Made by a program: the position numbers and the translations under genes
Shown: piece after piece, positions 12,549-26,808 of the stretch
Layout: each line of letters starts with the position of its first letter
Numbering within the stretch: position 1 is the first letter of the stretch
The notes under the pieces: model-generated
What the model was told of the DNA's origin: nothing
Seen by the model: only the letters and a program-made list of their open reading frames with translations
Database searches by the model: none
Assembly: GCA_951406725.2 (NCBI GenBank)
Contig: OX597823.1
Span: 64,728,001 to 64,792,000, forward strand
From: Octopus vulgaris
Lineage: Eukaryota
Length of the DNA stretch: 64,000 nt
Direction of reading: 5' to 3'

Positions 12549-13725
12549 TATTGTAATCACAATATTTTGGCTAACCCAGCATTCCTATGTAATTCCATAT
12601 AACAGTGTAAATATATTACTGATATAATAACATCATCATTACAAGTGAAGTTGAAGTTATTATGAATGAATTTGATAACTGATATCCAAACTTATGATGG
12701 ATAAACATTGTGTCGGAGATGTTTGATAGCATAACATGAGATATAGCCTTTAATGAGTGTAAATATTTGAAAATAATGATATAAAGTACAAGCAACCAAA
12801 TCCATCCATCCATCCATCCATCCATCTATCTATCCATACAGACAGACAACCACACACATACGTACTCACATGCATAGAAACATACATCTACAGTGTTCGA
12901 TAGCAGTTCTCAGTATTTCACAAACATAATACATTTAACAAGGCTCCCTAATCAACAGAAAATTTATCTGAATCACCTTTTCTATTTTGTGTCACAGTGA
13001 AATATTGATTATTACATCCACATACTGAGCTACAAATATATACACATACAAACACATCACACACATTTATACACAAACACAAACAAACACAAACAAACAC
13101 ACACACATACACATACATACATTCAGACAGACAGACAGACAGACAGACATACATATATGTAGGCACATGTGTGGCTGTGTAGTAAGAAGTTTGCTTCCCA
13201 ACCACATGGTTCCAGGTTCAGTCCCACTGTGTGTCACATTGGCCAAGTGTCTTTCACCATATCTGCAGGCTGACCAAATCCTTGTGAGTGGATTTGTTAG
13301 ACAGAACCTGAAAGAAGCCTGTCATATATATATACAAGATAAGAAAATGGAGAAATACATCTAAATCAAATATCAATTACCAGATAATATTCAATCACAT
13401 ACTTTATTAAACCACCACATAAGAGACTGTAGGGTTAAATATAAAAAGCAGAACAAATCAGTGTACATAAAGGATGTGTGTGTTTGTCCCCCACTGTTCA
13501 ACAACTTGTGTTGGTTTATGTCCATGTAACTTAGTGGTTCAGCAAAAGGGACTGATAGAATAAGTAACAGGCTTCAAAAAATAATTAAAAAAAGTAACGC
13601 GGTAGATTCATTCTACTGAATGCTCTTCAAGGTGGTGCCCCAGTATGGCCGTAATCTAATGGGTGAAATAACTAAAAGGAAGATAAAAGAAGGATATACA
13701 TATATGGGAGGCTGGTGTAATTTGT

Positions 13726-14118
13726 CTTTTAGTCTTTCATTTTGTTTCATTCATTTGACTGCGGTCATGCTAAAGCACTGCCCTTTAGTCGAAAAAAACG
13801 ACCCCAGGATTTATTCTTTGTAAGCCACAAGCTTATTCTATCAGTCTCTTTTGCCGAGCTGCTAAGTTATGGGGACATAAACACAACATTCCAACATTGG
13901 TTGGTAAGCGATGGTGGGGGAGGGACAAACACAGATGCACACACACACATATATGACAGGCTTCTTTCAGTTTCTGTCTACCAAATCTACTGACAAGACT
14001 TTGGTCAGACCAGGGCTATAGTAGAAGACACTTGCCCAAGGTGCCATGCAATGGTACTGAACCCGGGACCATGCGTTTGGTAAGCAAGCTACTTACCACA
14101 CAGCCACTCCTGCGCCTA
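13726..14118 (-). mobile_element. SINE family A, full length
   Basis: Reverse complement of the family A consensus, ending cagccactcctgcgcct. It is flanked by an about 50-bp direct duplication. Confidence 0.85.
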
Positions 14119-14835
14119 TACTAAAAGAAAGATAAAAGAAGGCTATGCATATATGGGAGGGTGTTATAATTGTTAACTTGCAAAATTAATAATTTCTGAT
14201 TCCTCGTTATTTTCTCACTACCTGTTTGAAACCATTACATTGCAAGCATTGCACCATCATTTTATACTGTTGCATCATCTTGGAGAGTAAAAATTGGTCT
14301 GCATAGTTGTTGCTGAAGTTGAGAAAGTTTGAGACGTGAGTCATGTGACAAGTATTTTTTTTGCAAGAAATTTTTCTTCAAATTAGTTCCGTTTGTAATT
14401 AAGGTTGCTAATAAAATATCAGGATAATTGTTGGTGTTTAACAATCAATATTCTTTACTCTGTTGGATTCCAAGTCAATTTTTTTTTCCACACTAAAGTC
14501 CAAATTGGATAATATTCAATTTAAAAAGAAAAATTGTTTAAACTGGGGCAAAGTGAGTAATGGCTAATTTCAATAATTTCTTCTTTTTAACTGAATGGTG
14601 TGTAAATATACCAAGCAACAAGCCACTCCTGCAGATTGTGAAGAAACTATAGAGTTTTTAAATTTAGTTGAGTTTCATTAATTTCATATCATGTGCCATT
14701 TATCACTGAACCTCTTTCATTCAGCTTGGATATTTAAAATTTTTGTTACATTTCTGATTTCTTCTGCTGTCTAATGATGAATATTGATCTTTATGAGTCT
14801 TTTTCTCGAATTTAATTTTATAGAAGTGAAAAGCC

Positions 14836-15028
14836 AGGCCTTGGTGTGTAGTAAGAAGTTTACTTCCCAGCTACATGGTCCTGGGTTCAGTCCCACTGTA
14901 TGACACCCTGGGCAAGTATCCTCTACTATAGCCTCAGGTTGACCAAAACCTTGTGAGAGGGATTTGGTAGACGGAAACTGAAAGAAGCCCATTGTATATG
15001 CTTGTATGTATATATATGTAAATATATA

Positions 15029-15102
<74 letters not shown>

Positions 15103-15312
15103 GTTGTGTGTGTGTATCTGTGTTTGTCCCCACACCATCACTTGAAAACCGATGTTGGTATGTTTTTGTTCCAGTAACTTAGCAGTTCAGCAAGAGACCA
15201 ATAGAATAAGTACTAGGTTTATAAAGAATAAGTCCTGGGGTCGATTTGTTTGACTAGAGGAGATGCTCCAGCATGGTCGCAGTCAGATGACTGAAACGAA
15301 TAAAAGAAAAAA
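14836..15312 (+). mobile_element. SINE family A, full length
   Basis: Same architecture as 7048-7546. Other copies lie at 13160-13325(+), 16494-16895(-), 20790-20940(-), 33975-34100(-), 39812-40010(-), 53720-53862(+), 57480-57600(-) and 62630-62760(+). Confidence 0.85.
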
Positions 15313-18305
15313 AGAGCTAATTTTACCTTCTCTTGTCTTACTCATTTTCCCCCAGCTAAATTTGTCTTTGACATGCTCAAAGAGAACAGTAATAATCTTC
15401 TGAAATAGTGTTTTGAATATGTTTTAGTGTTTTGGTTGATGCTGGTATCACATAAATGGCACCCATGCTGGTGGCATGTAAAAAGCACCTTTTGAGCATT
15501 GAGCCTCATGGAGGCAAAGTGGCTGAGCTTCTTTTCGAGTGTTGGGCCTCATGAAAGCAATGACCAAGAGTTTTGGCATTATGCTGTGCTTGAGAAAAAG
15601 ACCAGACCCATCAAACCAAGCAAAATCACAGTTGTGGCAGATACCAGTGTCACACAAATTGCACCCATTACTCTCAGAGTGGTTGGCATTAGGAAGGGCA
15701 TCCAGCCATAGAAACCATGCTAAATCTGAGTGAGAGTTTGGTACAGCCTTCCAGTTTGCCAACCCCAGTCAAATCTTCCAAGCCATGCAAACATTGACTA
15801 CGGACATTATATGATGATGATTGAAAAAGGTCAATTACTTAGCTGATTACATATATAAATATAGATATGTAGGACCTTAATCACTTCTCTAATGTGATTA
15901 TGTTATGTTGTCATTGGTATTACAAAACTTTATGTTCTGACCTAGCTAATAAAACATTTCTGTTCCTATCTACTTCTTTGCTATTATATTTCCCCTTTTA
16001 TATTTGTCTTCTTAACTGTTATATTTACCTTCATTTAGGGATAATTTTCATCTTTAAACCCCCCCGCCTCACTTTTTTTCCACCTTTCCTCTATCTCTTA
16101 CCAGCATCCTTCTACGTTAACTAACTCTCTCACCGTTATAGCTGATCTTTATGCTCCACACGACAGACGCACTTTACAAAACTCATTTTTGTACGTTGTT
16201 GGTGTTTTGTTTTGTGATTATTTTTTATCTTTTTATCTCTCCTTGATCTGCTTTGGTTTGGGTAATCAACGACAATACTTGACTGACAGTTTACTTTATA
16301 GATCCTAGATGAATGAGAGCAAAGTTGATGTTGGTGGGATTTGAACTAAGAATCTAAAGAGCTGGAAGTTCTTTTACTGAAGTTCTAACGATTCTGCCAA
16401 GCAATCACATTAATGTATAGTGCATTAAATAAACTAGAAGCAGTAGTTATAGATTTTTTATCAAATCATCAGTAAAGGGCCGTGATTATGTCTTTTATCT
16501 TTACTTGTTTCAGTTATTAGACTGCAGCCATGCTGGAGCACTGCCTTGAAAACCTTTTAGCCAAATAAATCAATCCCAGAACTTTTTTTAATCCTGGTAT
16601 TTATTGTATAAATTCTTTTGCCAAACTGCTGAGTTACAGGGATGTAAACACACCAACACCAGTTGTCAAGTGTTGGTCGGGGACAAGCACAGACACAAAA
16701 AAAACAGACACACAGACACACATACACATGCACACACACACACACACACATGATATGCTTCTTTTCAGTTTCCGTCTACCAAACCCATTCACAAGGTTTT
16801 GACCAACCCAAGACACTTACCCAAGGTGCCATGCAGTGAGATTGAACCTAGAACCATGTGGTTGAGAAGCAATCTTCTTACCACACAGTAATGCCAGCAC
16901 CGATGTATTGCTGAAAATTTCATGGGCAAGCCTGAAGAACTGTTGAACATACATACATACATGCATACATTTAAAGCCCAAGGTTAAAGTCCTAGGGCTT
17001 CAAATGCCCCAAAACTATGTTGATTCTGGTTTCCATGGCTGAAGGAAAGGAATTTCAGAACTGTTGCTCTCAGACCATGAGAGATTACCATAATTAATTT
17101 TCACACTTAGTTTCACCCTAGAATAAATGGCTTCTACTGTTTCATTAATTTCTGAAGAACTGTAATGACAACGTATCTGTGAAATTGATAGAGTATATCT
17201 ATAGAGAATTGCCATTGTTATGTAGCCTCAGGTTACACATATCATCTCGGATTCTAGCTCTTTCTATTATTTTATCTGCTGCTGTGTTTCTGGGACCACA
17301 TTATCCAATGTTTTCTTCTTGTCACTGCTTGAGTTAACAACATATGGATGATCGCTGGCTGCTTCAATTTTTGCAAGGTTTTTGATAAAATAGTATTTTT
17401 ACCTATTATCTTCATCCACACCAAATGTGTATGTAGTATGTATGTTTTTGCTGTTGTTGTTCTTGTTTTTCTTGTTCTTGTTCTTTTTCTCCGCCTCCTC
17501 CTTTGTAGCAGTTGCAGTAGTGGTAGTGGTAGTAGTAGTAATATTAGTGGTAGTGGTGGTAGTGGCATTAGTAGTAGTAGTAGTAGTCGTAGTAAGGTGG
17601 CAACGGAATAGTTGCATGCCAGACAAAATGCTTAGCAGAATGTCTTCTGGCTTTGCGCTGGTGGTTCTAATTCTGCTGAGGTCAATTCTGCCTTTCATCT
17701 TTTTGGGAGTCAATAAAATAAATACCGGTCAAGTTCTGGAGTTGATGTAAATGATTAGACCAACCCCACTTACAAATTTCAGGCCTTGTGCTTAAAGTTG
17801 GAAAAGATCGATAATATTAATATGCTGACTTTTTGTTTTTGTACATACCTGATGTGTGCATCACATTTACTTCTTTGAAGTGGCAAAGCGAGAGAAAGGA
17901 GGAGAGAGAGGAAGTAGGAGAGAAAGAAGAGAGGGAGTGAGAGAGTGTGAGAGAGAAAGAGAGAGTGAGAGAAAGTGAGAGAATGAGAGAGAAAGAGAGA
18001 AAGTAAGAGAGAAAGAGAGAGAGTGAAAGAGACAGTGAGTGGTGACAGTGTTCGTTTAGTGTTTTTTAAATGTTTATCACATCGCAAGAGAAGTAGATAC
18101 ATAGATACATATACACATTGTTTAATCAAAAGCAGGAGACAAGAGGGACACAAAGGAAGAGAAAGTGAGAGAGACAATTCATGCATAGATACATAGACAT
18201 AGCAAATATTGGCTGTCAGTTTCACTTTCCGTTATCACACGAGAATAAAATTAACTCACAAATGGCTGAGTACTCCACAGCTACAACAAGATATATATGT
18301 ATATA

Positions 18306-18348
<43 letters not shown>

Positions 18349-19331
18349 ATGCTCGAGTGAAAATATATATGAAAGAAGGTTTGAAAATGCAATTTTAAAA
18401 GATGTTTATTCACTTGACCGGTTTCACTTTTTTAGAAAAAGATTGTCAAAAGTAAAATGTAAAGCTTTGTAAAAGCTTTGTTGTGTTAAGTACTGGTTGT
18501 CACCAAATATTACAATGCATATATACATTCTTTGATAATAATAAGAAAATGTTAAAAACAGTTTACAAGGAAAAATCTTGAGAAAATATTTAAAAATTCT
18601 TTAAAAATATTAGGATTTCATTAAAAATCATATTTGTTTGGAAGTATCTATATATATACACAGACAATTATAAGTTCAAAAGAGGTCATTTTTGGTAGTA
18701 TATATATACACAGACAGAGATATATTTAGGAGTTTACAAAAAATTTGAGATGAACTGACCTGTTTTAGCATTTTTTTCATTTTCTGTGGAGCTAAAGGCT
18801 GATTACTATTTTAAGGGACAGTGTGGGAGGTTGGTTTCCATGGGGGGAAGGAAGAGCAATGTGGAATTGAAAGGATTTTTTTGTTTCTCTTTTATAGTTG
18901 GTCTTTCATGGCTAGTCTTTCACAGTTCAGTGGTTTTGGGGACTGGTCTTAGAGGTCAGAATGGTGGGAGTGTGTGTGTATATACATGTGTTTGTGTTTG
19001 TGTGTGTGGGTCGTTTTTGATTGGTCCCAGGGTTTATTGTGGTGTATGTAAATGTGTCTGTGTGTGTTTAATATTTGATAGTATGGTGTGTGTATATGTG
19101 TGCACATTTGTGTGTGTGTGTATATGTGTGATTAATATTTGTGATGGTGTTGTGTGTGCGCAAGTGTGTGTATATGTTTGCTCACATGTGTGTTGATCTC
19201 CGAAGAATTTGAACTTAGAATGTAAAGACAGACGGTCATAATATGCAAACATTTCTCATGGCACCAGTACACTGTTTATAGGTGCTTACATTTTTTATGT
19301 TTTTCCATGAATTTTTCATGCGTCCAGCTAG

Positions 19332-19824
19332 TTATTATTATTGAGTGAGAGAGCATTACAACCCATCAAAGTGATACTGAGGTACAAATATATGAAGTCC
19401 GATATACCAGTCATGACTACCTGTCTGGTAAAGGTACATTAGGCACATGCGTCACAACCATGGTGACCTTATATCAACACAAGCAGCATGTGTTCTTGCA
19501 GGTGGAGCCCATTTAGAATTTTCTTCTGCTCAAGTAGCCCATCTCACTCAAAAGGTCCCTGAGTAAGGTTTGTTTAAGGATGATGAATGAAACACTAACG
19601 TTTCGAGAAGTGAATTATCCAAACTTCAAAGAATTCCTCTCAACACCTGGCTCTGATGCTCTCCCACTACATGATCAGAGATGCACATATCATCAGCTAC
19701 TAAGGGACATGCTCAACTGGTTAAGGTCAAGTAACTGCCAAGAAAATCTGTGGTATTGAGCAAAATATTTACTGCAGTCCATTATTTTATACCAGACAAA
19801 TTATTATTATTATCATCATTATTA

Positions 19825-19874
<50 letters not shown>

Positions 19875-20105
19875 GTTGTTGTTGTTGTTGTTGTTGTTGA
19901 GTGAGAGAGTAGCGCATGCCATCAAAGTGACACTGGGCTAAAATATACAAAGCCCAGTATACCTATCATGACTACCTGTCTGATAAGGGTACACTAGGCA
20001 CATGCATCGCAACCATATGTGCATGACATGGTGATCTCATATCAAGATAAACAGCGCATGACCTTACAGGTGGGTCCCAGTTAGAATTCTTTTCTGGTAT
20101 TATTA

Positions 20106-20154
<49 letters not shown>

Positions 20155-20560
20155 CATTATTATTATTATTATTATTATCATCATCATTCAATGAGAGAGC
20201 AATGAATGCTATCAAAGTAAAACAGGAGTACATGTATATGAAGCCTATCGTGACTGCCTGTCTGATAAGGGTACATGCTTGACAACCACAGGTGTGTAAC
20301 ATGGTGATCTCATATCAAGATAAACAGTGCATGACCTTGCATTATGAATTTTCTTCAGGTCAAGTAGCTGATCCCACTCAATGGGTCCCTGACTAAGGAT
20401 GATGAATGAAACATCCACATTTTCAAGAGTGAATTATTCAAACCCCAACGAATTTCTTTCAATGCATGGTTATGATGCTTCCCCACTACCACTCCTTGTG
20501 ATCTGATTTGTGCAAATCTTTGGTATTAAGCAGAATATTTGCTGTAGCCCTTCTTTTACA
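19332..20560 (-). mobile_element. Three tandem copies of a retroelement 3' end (family D), each with a (TAA)n tail
   Basis: gagtgagagagc...catcaaagtgacactg...ctgataagggtaca...atcaagataaacag recurs at about 19342, 19898 and 20191, each preceded on + by (ATT)n. Confidence 0.75.
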
Positions 20561-20620
20561 TGAAATGTATTATCATACGCATACATTATAACATTTCCAA
20601 TCAGTTTAAATCAGAATATG

Positions 20621-20743
<123 letters not shown>

Positions 20744-20748
20744 TTATG

Positions 20749-20781
<33 letters not shown>

Positions 20782-20953
20782 TAAGAGAGAGCTTCCACAC
20801 AGTTTTTGTCTACCAAATTCAATTGCAAATCATTTGCCTGCATAGGGTTATAATAGGAAACACTTGCCCAAGGTGCCAAAGTGTGGGACTGAACCTAATA
20901 TCAGAAGGTTACAAAGTGCCTTTTTAACCATACAGCCTATTATTATTATTATT

Positions 20954-20988
<35 letters not shown>

Positions 20989-21005
20989 TATTATTATTAC
21001 TGTTG

Positions 21006-21045
<40 letters not shown>

Positions 21046-21748
21046 CATCATCATCATTATCATCATTATTATTATTATTATTTTTATTATTTTAGTTTTT
21101 TTTGTCTTTTTATGCCACCCATTAAATCTTATAAATAAAAGATGCATGAAAAACTGAATCTTGTTGCCTTTATTGCTAGGCAACAAACACTCATGCATCC
21201 TCCCCCATGTAATATATTCTCACAATAAACCTGATGTTGTTAAAAAAAAAATAATAAAAGAATATACAAAAATCGAAAGAAACAAAAAAGACACTGCTAG
21301 GAAATAAAATATAACGTTTAAAAATAGATAAATAATCTCACACAAATTTAAAACAAAACATGCACAAAACCCAAAAGAAAAAAGCAAACAAACAAACAAA
21401 CAGATAAAACATAATAAAATGAGAGAAGATTTTTCTGAAGATTGTTTGATTGTCTGAAAATCTTAGTAAATCCCTCTGTTCATTTCATAAAACACAGGCT
21501 GTATTGACACAAGTGTTGTTGAATCATAAGAGAGAAACCATAATTATCTCTTACTTAAACATTCATGTATAAGCGAGTGACAAAACAAAAACCAAACGCA
21601 GTGAAAGAACATAAAAATATCTCTATGTACACACATAAGAATACACAAATATGCACACATACAGATACACATGCCAACATGTATATAAAAATGTCTTTGT
21701 GTGTGTATATACATGCATATATATATGTGTGTGTATGTATATACAGAC

Positions 21749-21820
<72 letters not shown>

Positions 21821-21867
21821 GCATACATATATGTACATACACATATTATAAAATACACAAACACATC

Positions 21868-21914
<47 letters not shown>

Positions 21915-22174
21915 ATATATAGAGAGAGACATTTGTATATCTATCTATGTATCTATCTATATATATATATATCCACACACACATATAGATATGTATATAT
22001 GAGCACACATACACACACACATGTGTGTGTATATATGAATATACATACATAGATAAATACATGTGTAATTATGTATATATGTGCATATATGTTTATATAC
22101 TTTATATACCTCCATACATACAAGTATGCACGCACATACATATATATCTATATATCTATGTATCGCTATTTCCT

Positions 22175-22215
<41 letters not shown>

Positions 22216-23274
22216 ACACATATATACTTATATAGTAGAGTAAATGAAAAAGAAAAAATGTATAAAAATGCGTGTGTACACATTACATAACAAAGTGATT
22301 TTATTGTTGTAGTACCATTAACATACATTTGTACTCATTTACATACAAGCATGCCTACATATACATACACACAAACATACATAAATACATACAAAGAAAC
22401 ATATATAAATACATACAACGTACATACACAGACATTGCATATATTCACATTCACACGCAAGCATACATACACCTACTCATGTTTGCACTGGTGTTTTTGC
22501 TTTATTTTCTGTAATTTTTGAATCAAATACAATGCATAACTATTTTATAAGCATCGCCAAGTAAATACTTAGATTGCCAAAAAGTAAAAGAAATAAAATT
22601 AGATGAAGATAATTAAAGACATAAATTGAAGCACGATCAGCTGCTAAAGCAAACATAAACCAACCTCTCAATATATCATAAAATTTGAGAAACTGCTGAA
22701 TGAGATGTACTTTAAAATTAAAAAACCTCTTATATGGTTTTCTTAAAAGAGTGCTAGGATTTAATGATTAAATAAAATAGTTTGAACTAGATGCTAAATT
22801 AGTTTCAGGAACAATATATGTTTACTGTGGCTCAGCTATAAAGATAGCAAGAAGATATATTATTACTGCTTGTAATGTTTGTGCTTAAATGTTACACTTA
22901 AATCTATGTACAAGGCAAATGATAGGAGACGGGGAGAAACAAAGTGAGGAAGAGACAGAGGGAGATAGAAGGAGAGAGAGAAATAGATAGAGAGCGGGAG
23001 AAAATAAACAATGTCTGTGTATACATGCATACATACACAGATACATACTACTTCCCCAAAATATGGGCTCGGTCTCATTGCGTGGAAACTTGAGCAAGTG
23101 TCTTCTACTACTGTCTCAGGCCTTGAGAGTGAATTTGGTAGATGGAAGCAGAAAGAAACCTATTATATATATATACATATGATAATAATGAATTGAGGGA
23201 ATAGTATTCCAAACTTACAGGGAAAAATTCAATTTAGAAATACTAAATCAAATTTCACAAAATATAATATATAT

Positions 23275-23577
23275 ATATAAATTTGAAAAAACCACCTTTT
23301 ATCAATTCAAAATGAAAAATTAAATTACACCATCTAGAAAATGACATATAATAGAAATATTAAATATAAGATAAAAATAATATACCGATGATTAAGTAAT
23401 GTGCAAAATAATAAATAAAACATATATATTTGGTATATATAAGTTTTATTTATTATTTTGCACATTACTTAATCATCTGTATATCATTTTTTATCTTATA
23501 TTTAATATTTCTATTATATGTAATTTTCTTGATGGTGTAATTTAATTTTTCATTTTGAATTGATAAAAGGTGTTTTC

Positions 23578-23590
<13 letters not shown>
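23275..23590. repeat. Near-perfect AT-rich palindrome (arms about 155 bp) embedded in (TA)n
   Basis: caccttttatcaattcaaaatgaaaaattaaattacaccatc...gtaatgtgcaaaataataaataaaac is mirrored about a centre near 23431. Confidence 0.9.
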
Positions 23591-23635
<45 letters not shown>

Positions 23636-23985
23636 CATACATATATATATATACATATACATATATATATATACGTATACTCAACAAAGACAATATGTGT
23701 ACACAATGAAGACAAATATAGATATATTAAATACTATACAGCATAAACCCTAACTTTATTTAAATTATCTTCACTTCCAGAAATAATCAAAGATAATCTT
23801 ATGAACTTCAATTCTCGATAGTTGACAAGCTACTGAAGAATAGACTACTTGTTTATCTAAAGATTAGAGCTGTGAACATCTGTTTCTGCCTTAATAGATG
23901 CTACCACTGCAGCATTTTCCTATCTTCTCTCCACCAGGATTCACTTATGCATATACAAAAAAGAATAGGACACATTTATAGTCTA

Positions 23986-24253
23986 CTAGCAGTATCGCCT
24001 GGCGTTGCGGTTTGTTTAGAACCTTTAGAATTGGAATTTTTGAAAAGTAAAAATTTGGCAGTATGTAGCTTGTTATTCTCTTTAAGTGAAATACACCAAA
24101 AAATGGCGACACAGCAGTCAAAACATCGTAAAATATAGGGATTTTCAAAGGAAAAGGCACCTTTTTGATGTAAATAATTTTTGGTGTTAACATGGTCCGA
24201 TTTGAATTTTTTCTTCCACGGAAGGAAGAGTTAGCCTTCTTCTATCATACTCT
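23986..24253 (-). mobile_element. 5'-truncated non-autonomous Helitron
   Basis: Begins on + with ctagcagtatcgcctggcgttgc, the reverse complement of the hairpin plus CTAG end. Same family as 39407 and 47932. Confidence 0.8.
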
Positions 24254-24300
24254 CATATATATATATGTATATATATATATACATACATATATATATATGA

Positions 24301-24347
<47 letters not shown>

Positions 24348-24749
24348 TATATATATGATGATATATATATATATATATATTAATGCGAAAAAACCCTCCA
24401 GGCTACATCCTGAAAATTCATTTCTTTGCCGAATTTCTACAATGTTTACGGTGATTCGTTTTTATATCTTGATTTTTTATTTTTCATGCAATTTACGCAT
24501 GCTTGCACACATGGTGAACACAGTTCCCGTCAAACAGCTGACTGAGTAAAGTTCACTATTCAGTGCATGGGATAAGGTCTAAACAACCACATTATCGACT
24601 TTTGCACTTGCGAGATGAATTTCGGAATAGAAATAGTGCAGTTCAATTTTCATTCGCCTAAACTTTAAGTGACCCATTTTTGGTGGTTCTACGATTTGTT
24701 GGCTAGGAGGAGATATGCCGGGAAGTTAAACACAGAGACACGCACACAG

Positions 24750-24784
<35 letters not shown>

Positions 24785-26133
24785 TTGAGTTTTATATATA
24801 TAGATATAATTTTTAATCTTCCTAAATGAAATGAAAACGAGCCAAGAGAAATAATTCGTAGTAATCAATTCTTGTCTTTGAACATCAAAGACAAATAAGA
24901 GAATATTAAATACCAATAGATCATAAATGTGTGGTGCATTAAAATTATCACCTCTTCAAGAGAAGGTATAACAATTGCATCATAGCAACTGGGTGTGTAA
25001 AACAAGTCTGGGCTCTTGTTTTAACTGACAAAATTTGAGTTGGCCCAGGTCTATAGAAAAATTTCAAGGTGTCCAAATCAAACTAAATCTGGAACCTTCA
25101 TAACTTCTATTTGAACTCATGAACCATACAACCATAGTTGTGCCTTTGTATAGACCAGTAATTTGTATATAGAATTGTATAAATGTGTAGGATAGTCTGC
25201 ATGAAATATTTCTTATGTATATAAATGTTTTTAATTTATTTTCTAATGCCAAAGCAATTTAAGTTACAAGACATTGTACAAAGTAAAAGTACAAAGAATT
25301 GACATATTTTGTTATAACTTGCATTGTTTTGCTTTCAAAAAACAACAAAAAAAAAGAAAAGAAAATTAAAAGCATTAATATGTACAGCCATTTACATATA
25401 CCTCTTATTTAGCAATCCTTTTGTGGAATTGTTAGCAATGCTAATCATCATCATCGTTTAATGTCCGTTTTCCATGCTAGCATGGGTCGGATGGTTTAAC
25501 CAGAGTCGGGGAAGCCAGGAGGTTGCCTGCACCAGGTTCCAGTCTGATCTGGCAGTGTTTCTACAGCTGGATGCCCTTCCTAACACCAACCACTCCATGA
25601 GTGTAGTGAGTGCTTTTTACGTGCCACCTGCACAGGGGCCAGAGGAGGCTGGCAATGGCCATGATAAGTTGGTGCTTTTTACATGCCACTGGCATGGAAG
25701 TCAGTCAGTAGCAGTGCTGGCATCGGCCACATTCAGATGGTGCTTTTTACATGCCACCGGCACGTTATATTGATCTAATTGCATAAGAGTTTAACCACTG
25801 AAAGTGTATGACAATGGTTAAAGTGTTGAACTTGTTACTGTGCAGTCATATGTTTGATTTCTGTCCTGGATAACATTTATCCAGGAAATGAGGATAGAAA
25901 ACCAGCAGACTGATGGTGCAGCCCTTTCTCCTTCTAGCTATCGCATTACAGATATTCACCTTAGAGGGCTGACAATCTCTACAAAACAATTAACAAATAT
26001 ATACTACATGTTACTAGGTCATATTTGCTTGCACATGACATTAATGATTTTTATATTTAACATAATTATAGAAAATTTACAACAAATTAATACTTCATAT
26101 TTAGCTTTATTAATATTAACAATATTTTTATAA

Positions 26134-26625
26134 GGCTGTGAGCTGGCAGAATTATTAGCACACTAGGCAAAATGCTTAGTGGTATTTCGTCTGCTGTTAC
26201 GTTCTGAGTTCAAATTCCGCTGAGGTCGACTTTGCCTTTCATCCTTTCGGGATAAGCATGTAGTCTGTCTTTACATTCTGAGTTCAAATTCTGCTGAGGT
26301 TGACTTTACCTATCATTCTTTTTCAGGGTTGATAAAATAAGTACCAGTAGAACACTGGTGTCAATGTAATTGACTTACCCTGCCCCCAAAATTGCTGGCC
26401 TTGTGCCAATAATTTAAAACCAATATCAATAATATTTTCTAAAGCAGTATACTGGCAGAATGCTCTGAGTTCTTCTAATTTTATGTTCTGAATTCAAATG
26501 CTGCCAGGGCTGACTTTGCTTTCCATCCTTTCAGGGTCGCTGAAACAAGTACCAGTTGAATATTGGGGTCAATGTAATTGATTTACTCCTCCCACTCAAA
26601 ATTGTTAAAATTTGAAACCAATATT
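26134..26625 (+). mobile_element. Cluster of three overlapping or tandem SINE family B copies just upstream of the exon
   Basis: ttctgagttcaaatt...gactttgcctttcatcct repeats at about 26202, 26276 and 26486. Confidence 0.8.
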
Positions 26626-26655
26626 AACGATATTTTATTCCTTTTGCATTTTCAG

Positions 26656-26808
26656 TGTAACAGGATTGTATTTTCTCCAACGGTTGTGGGCAAGAAGACT
26701 TTTCTGCTAAATCTATTCATATGGCCTGCAGAATGCCCCAGAACCAAAGACATTACTATCTGTTATGAAATAAAAGTTGTTGGCTATGGAACAATTGGTG
26801 AACTAGCA
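26656..26808 (+). CDS. CFAP65: Internal coding exon (153 nt, phase 0-0) of the CFAP65-like gene: CNRIVFSPTVVGKKTFLLNLFIWPAECPRTKDITICYEIKVVGYGTIGELA
   Basis: cttttgcattttcag acceptor, GCA|gtaagt donor and 51 open codons. It shows the ASH-domain pattern FxP...Y.I.VVG.G and resembles the recalled human CFAP65 segment TFSPLEETKYLFQVGMWVWE...HYMLRLVGVGLTSSLSA. The exon call is stronger than the gene name. Confidence 0.75.
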
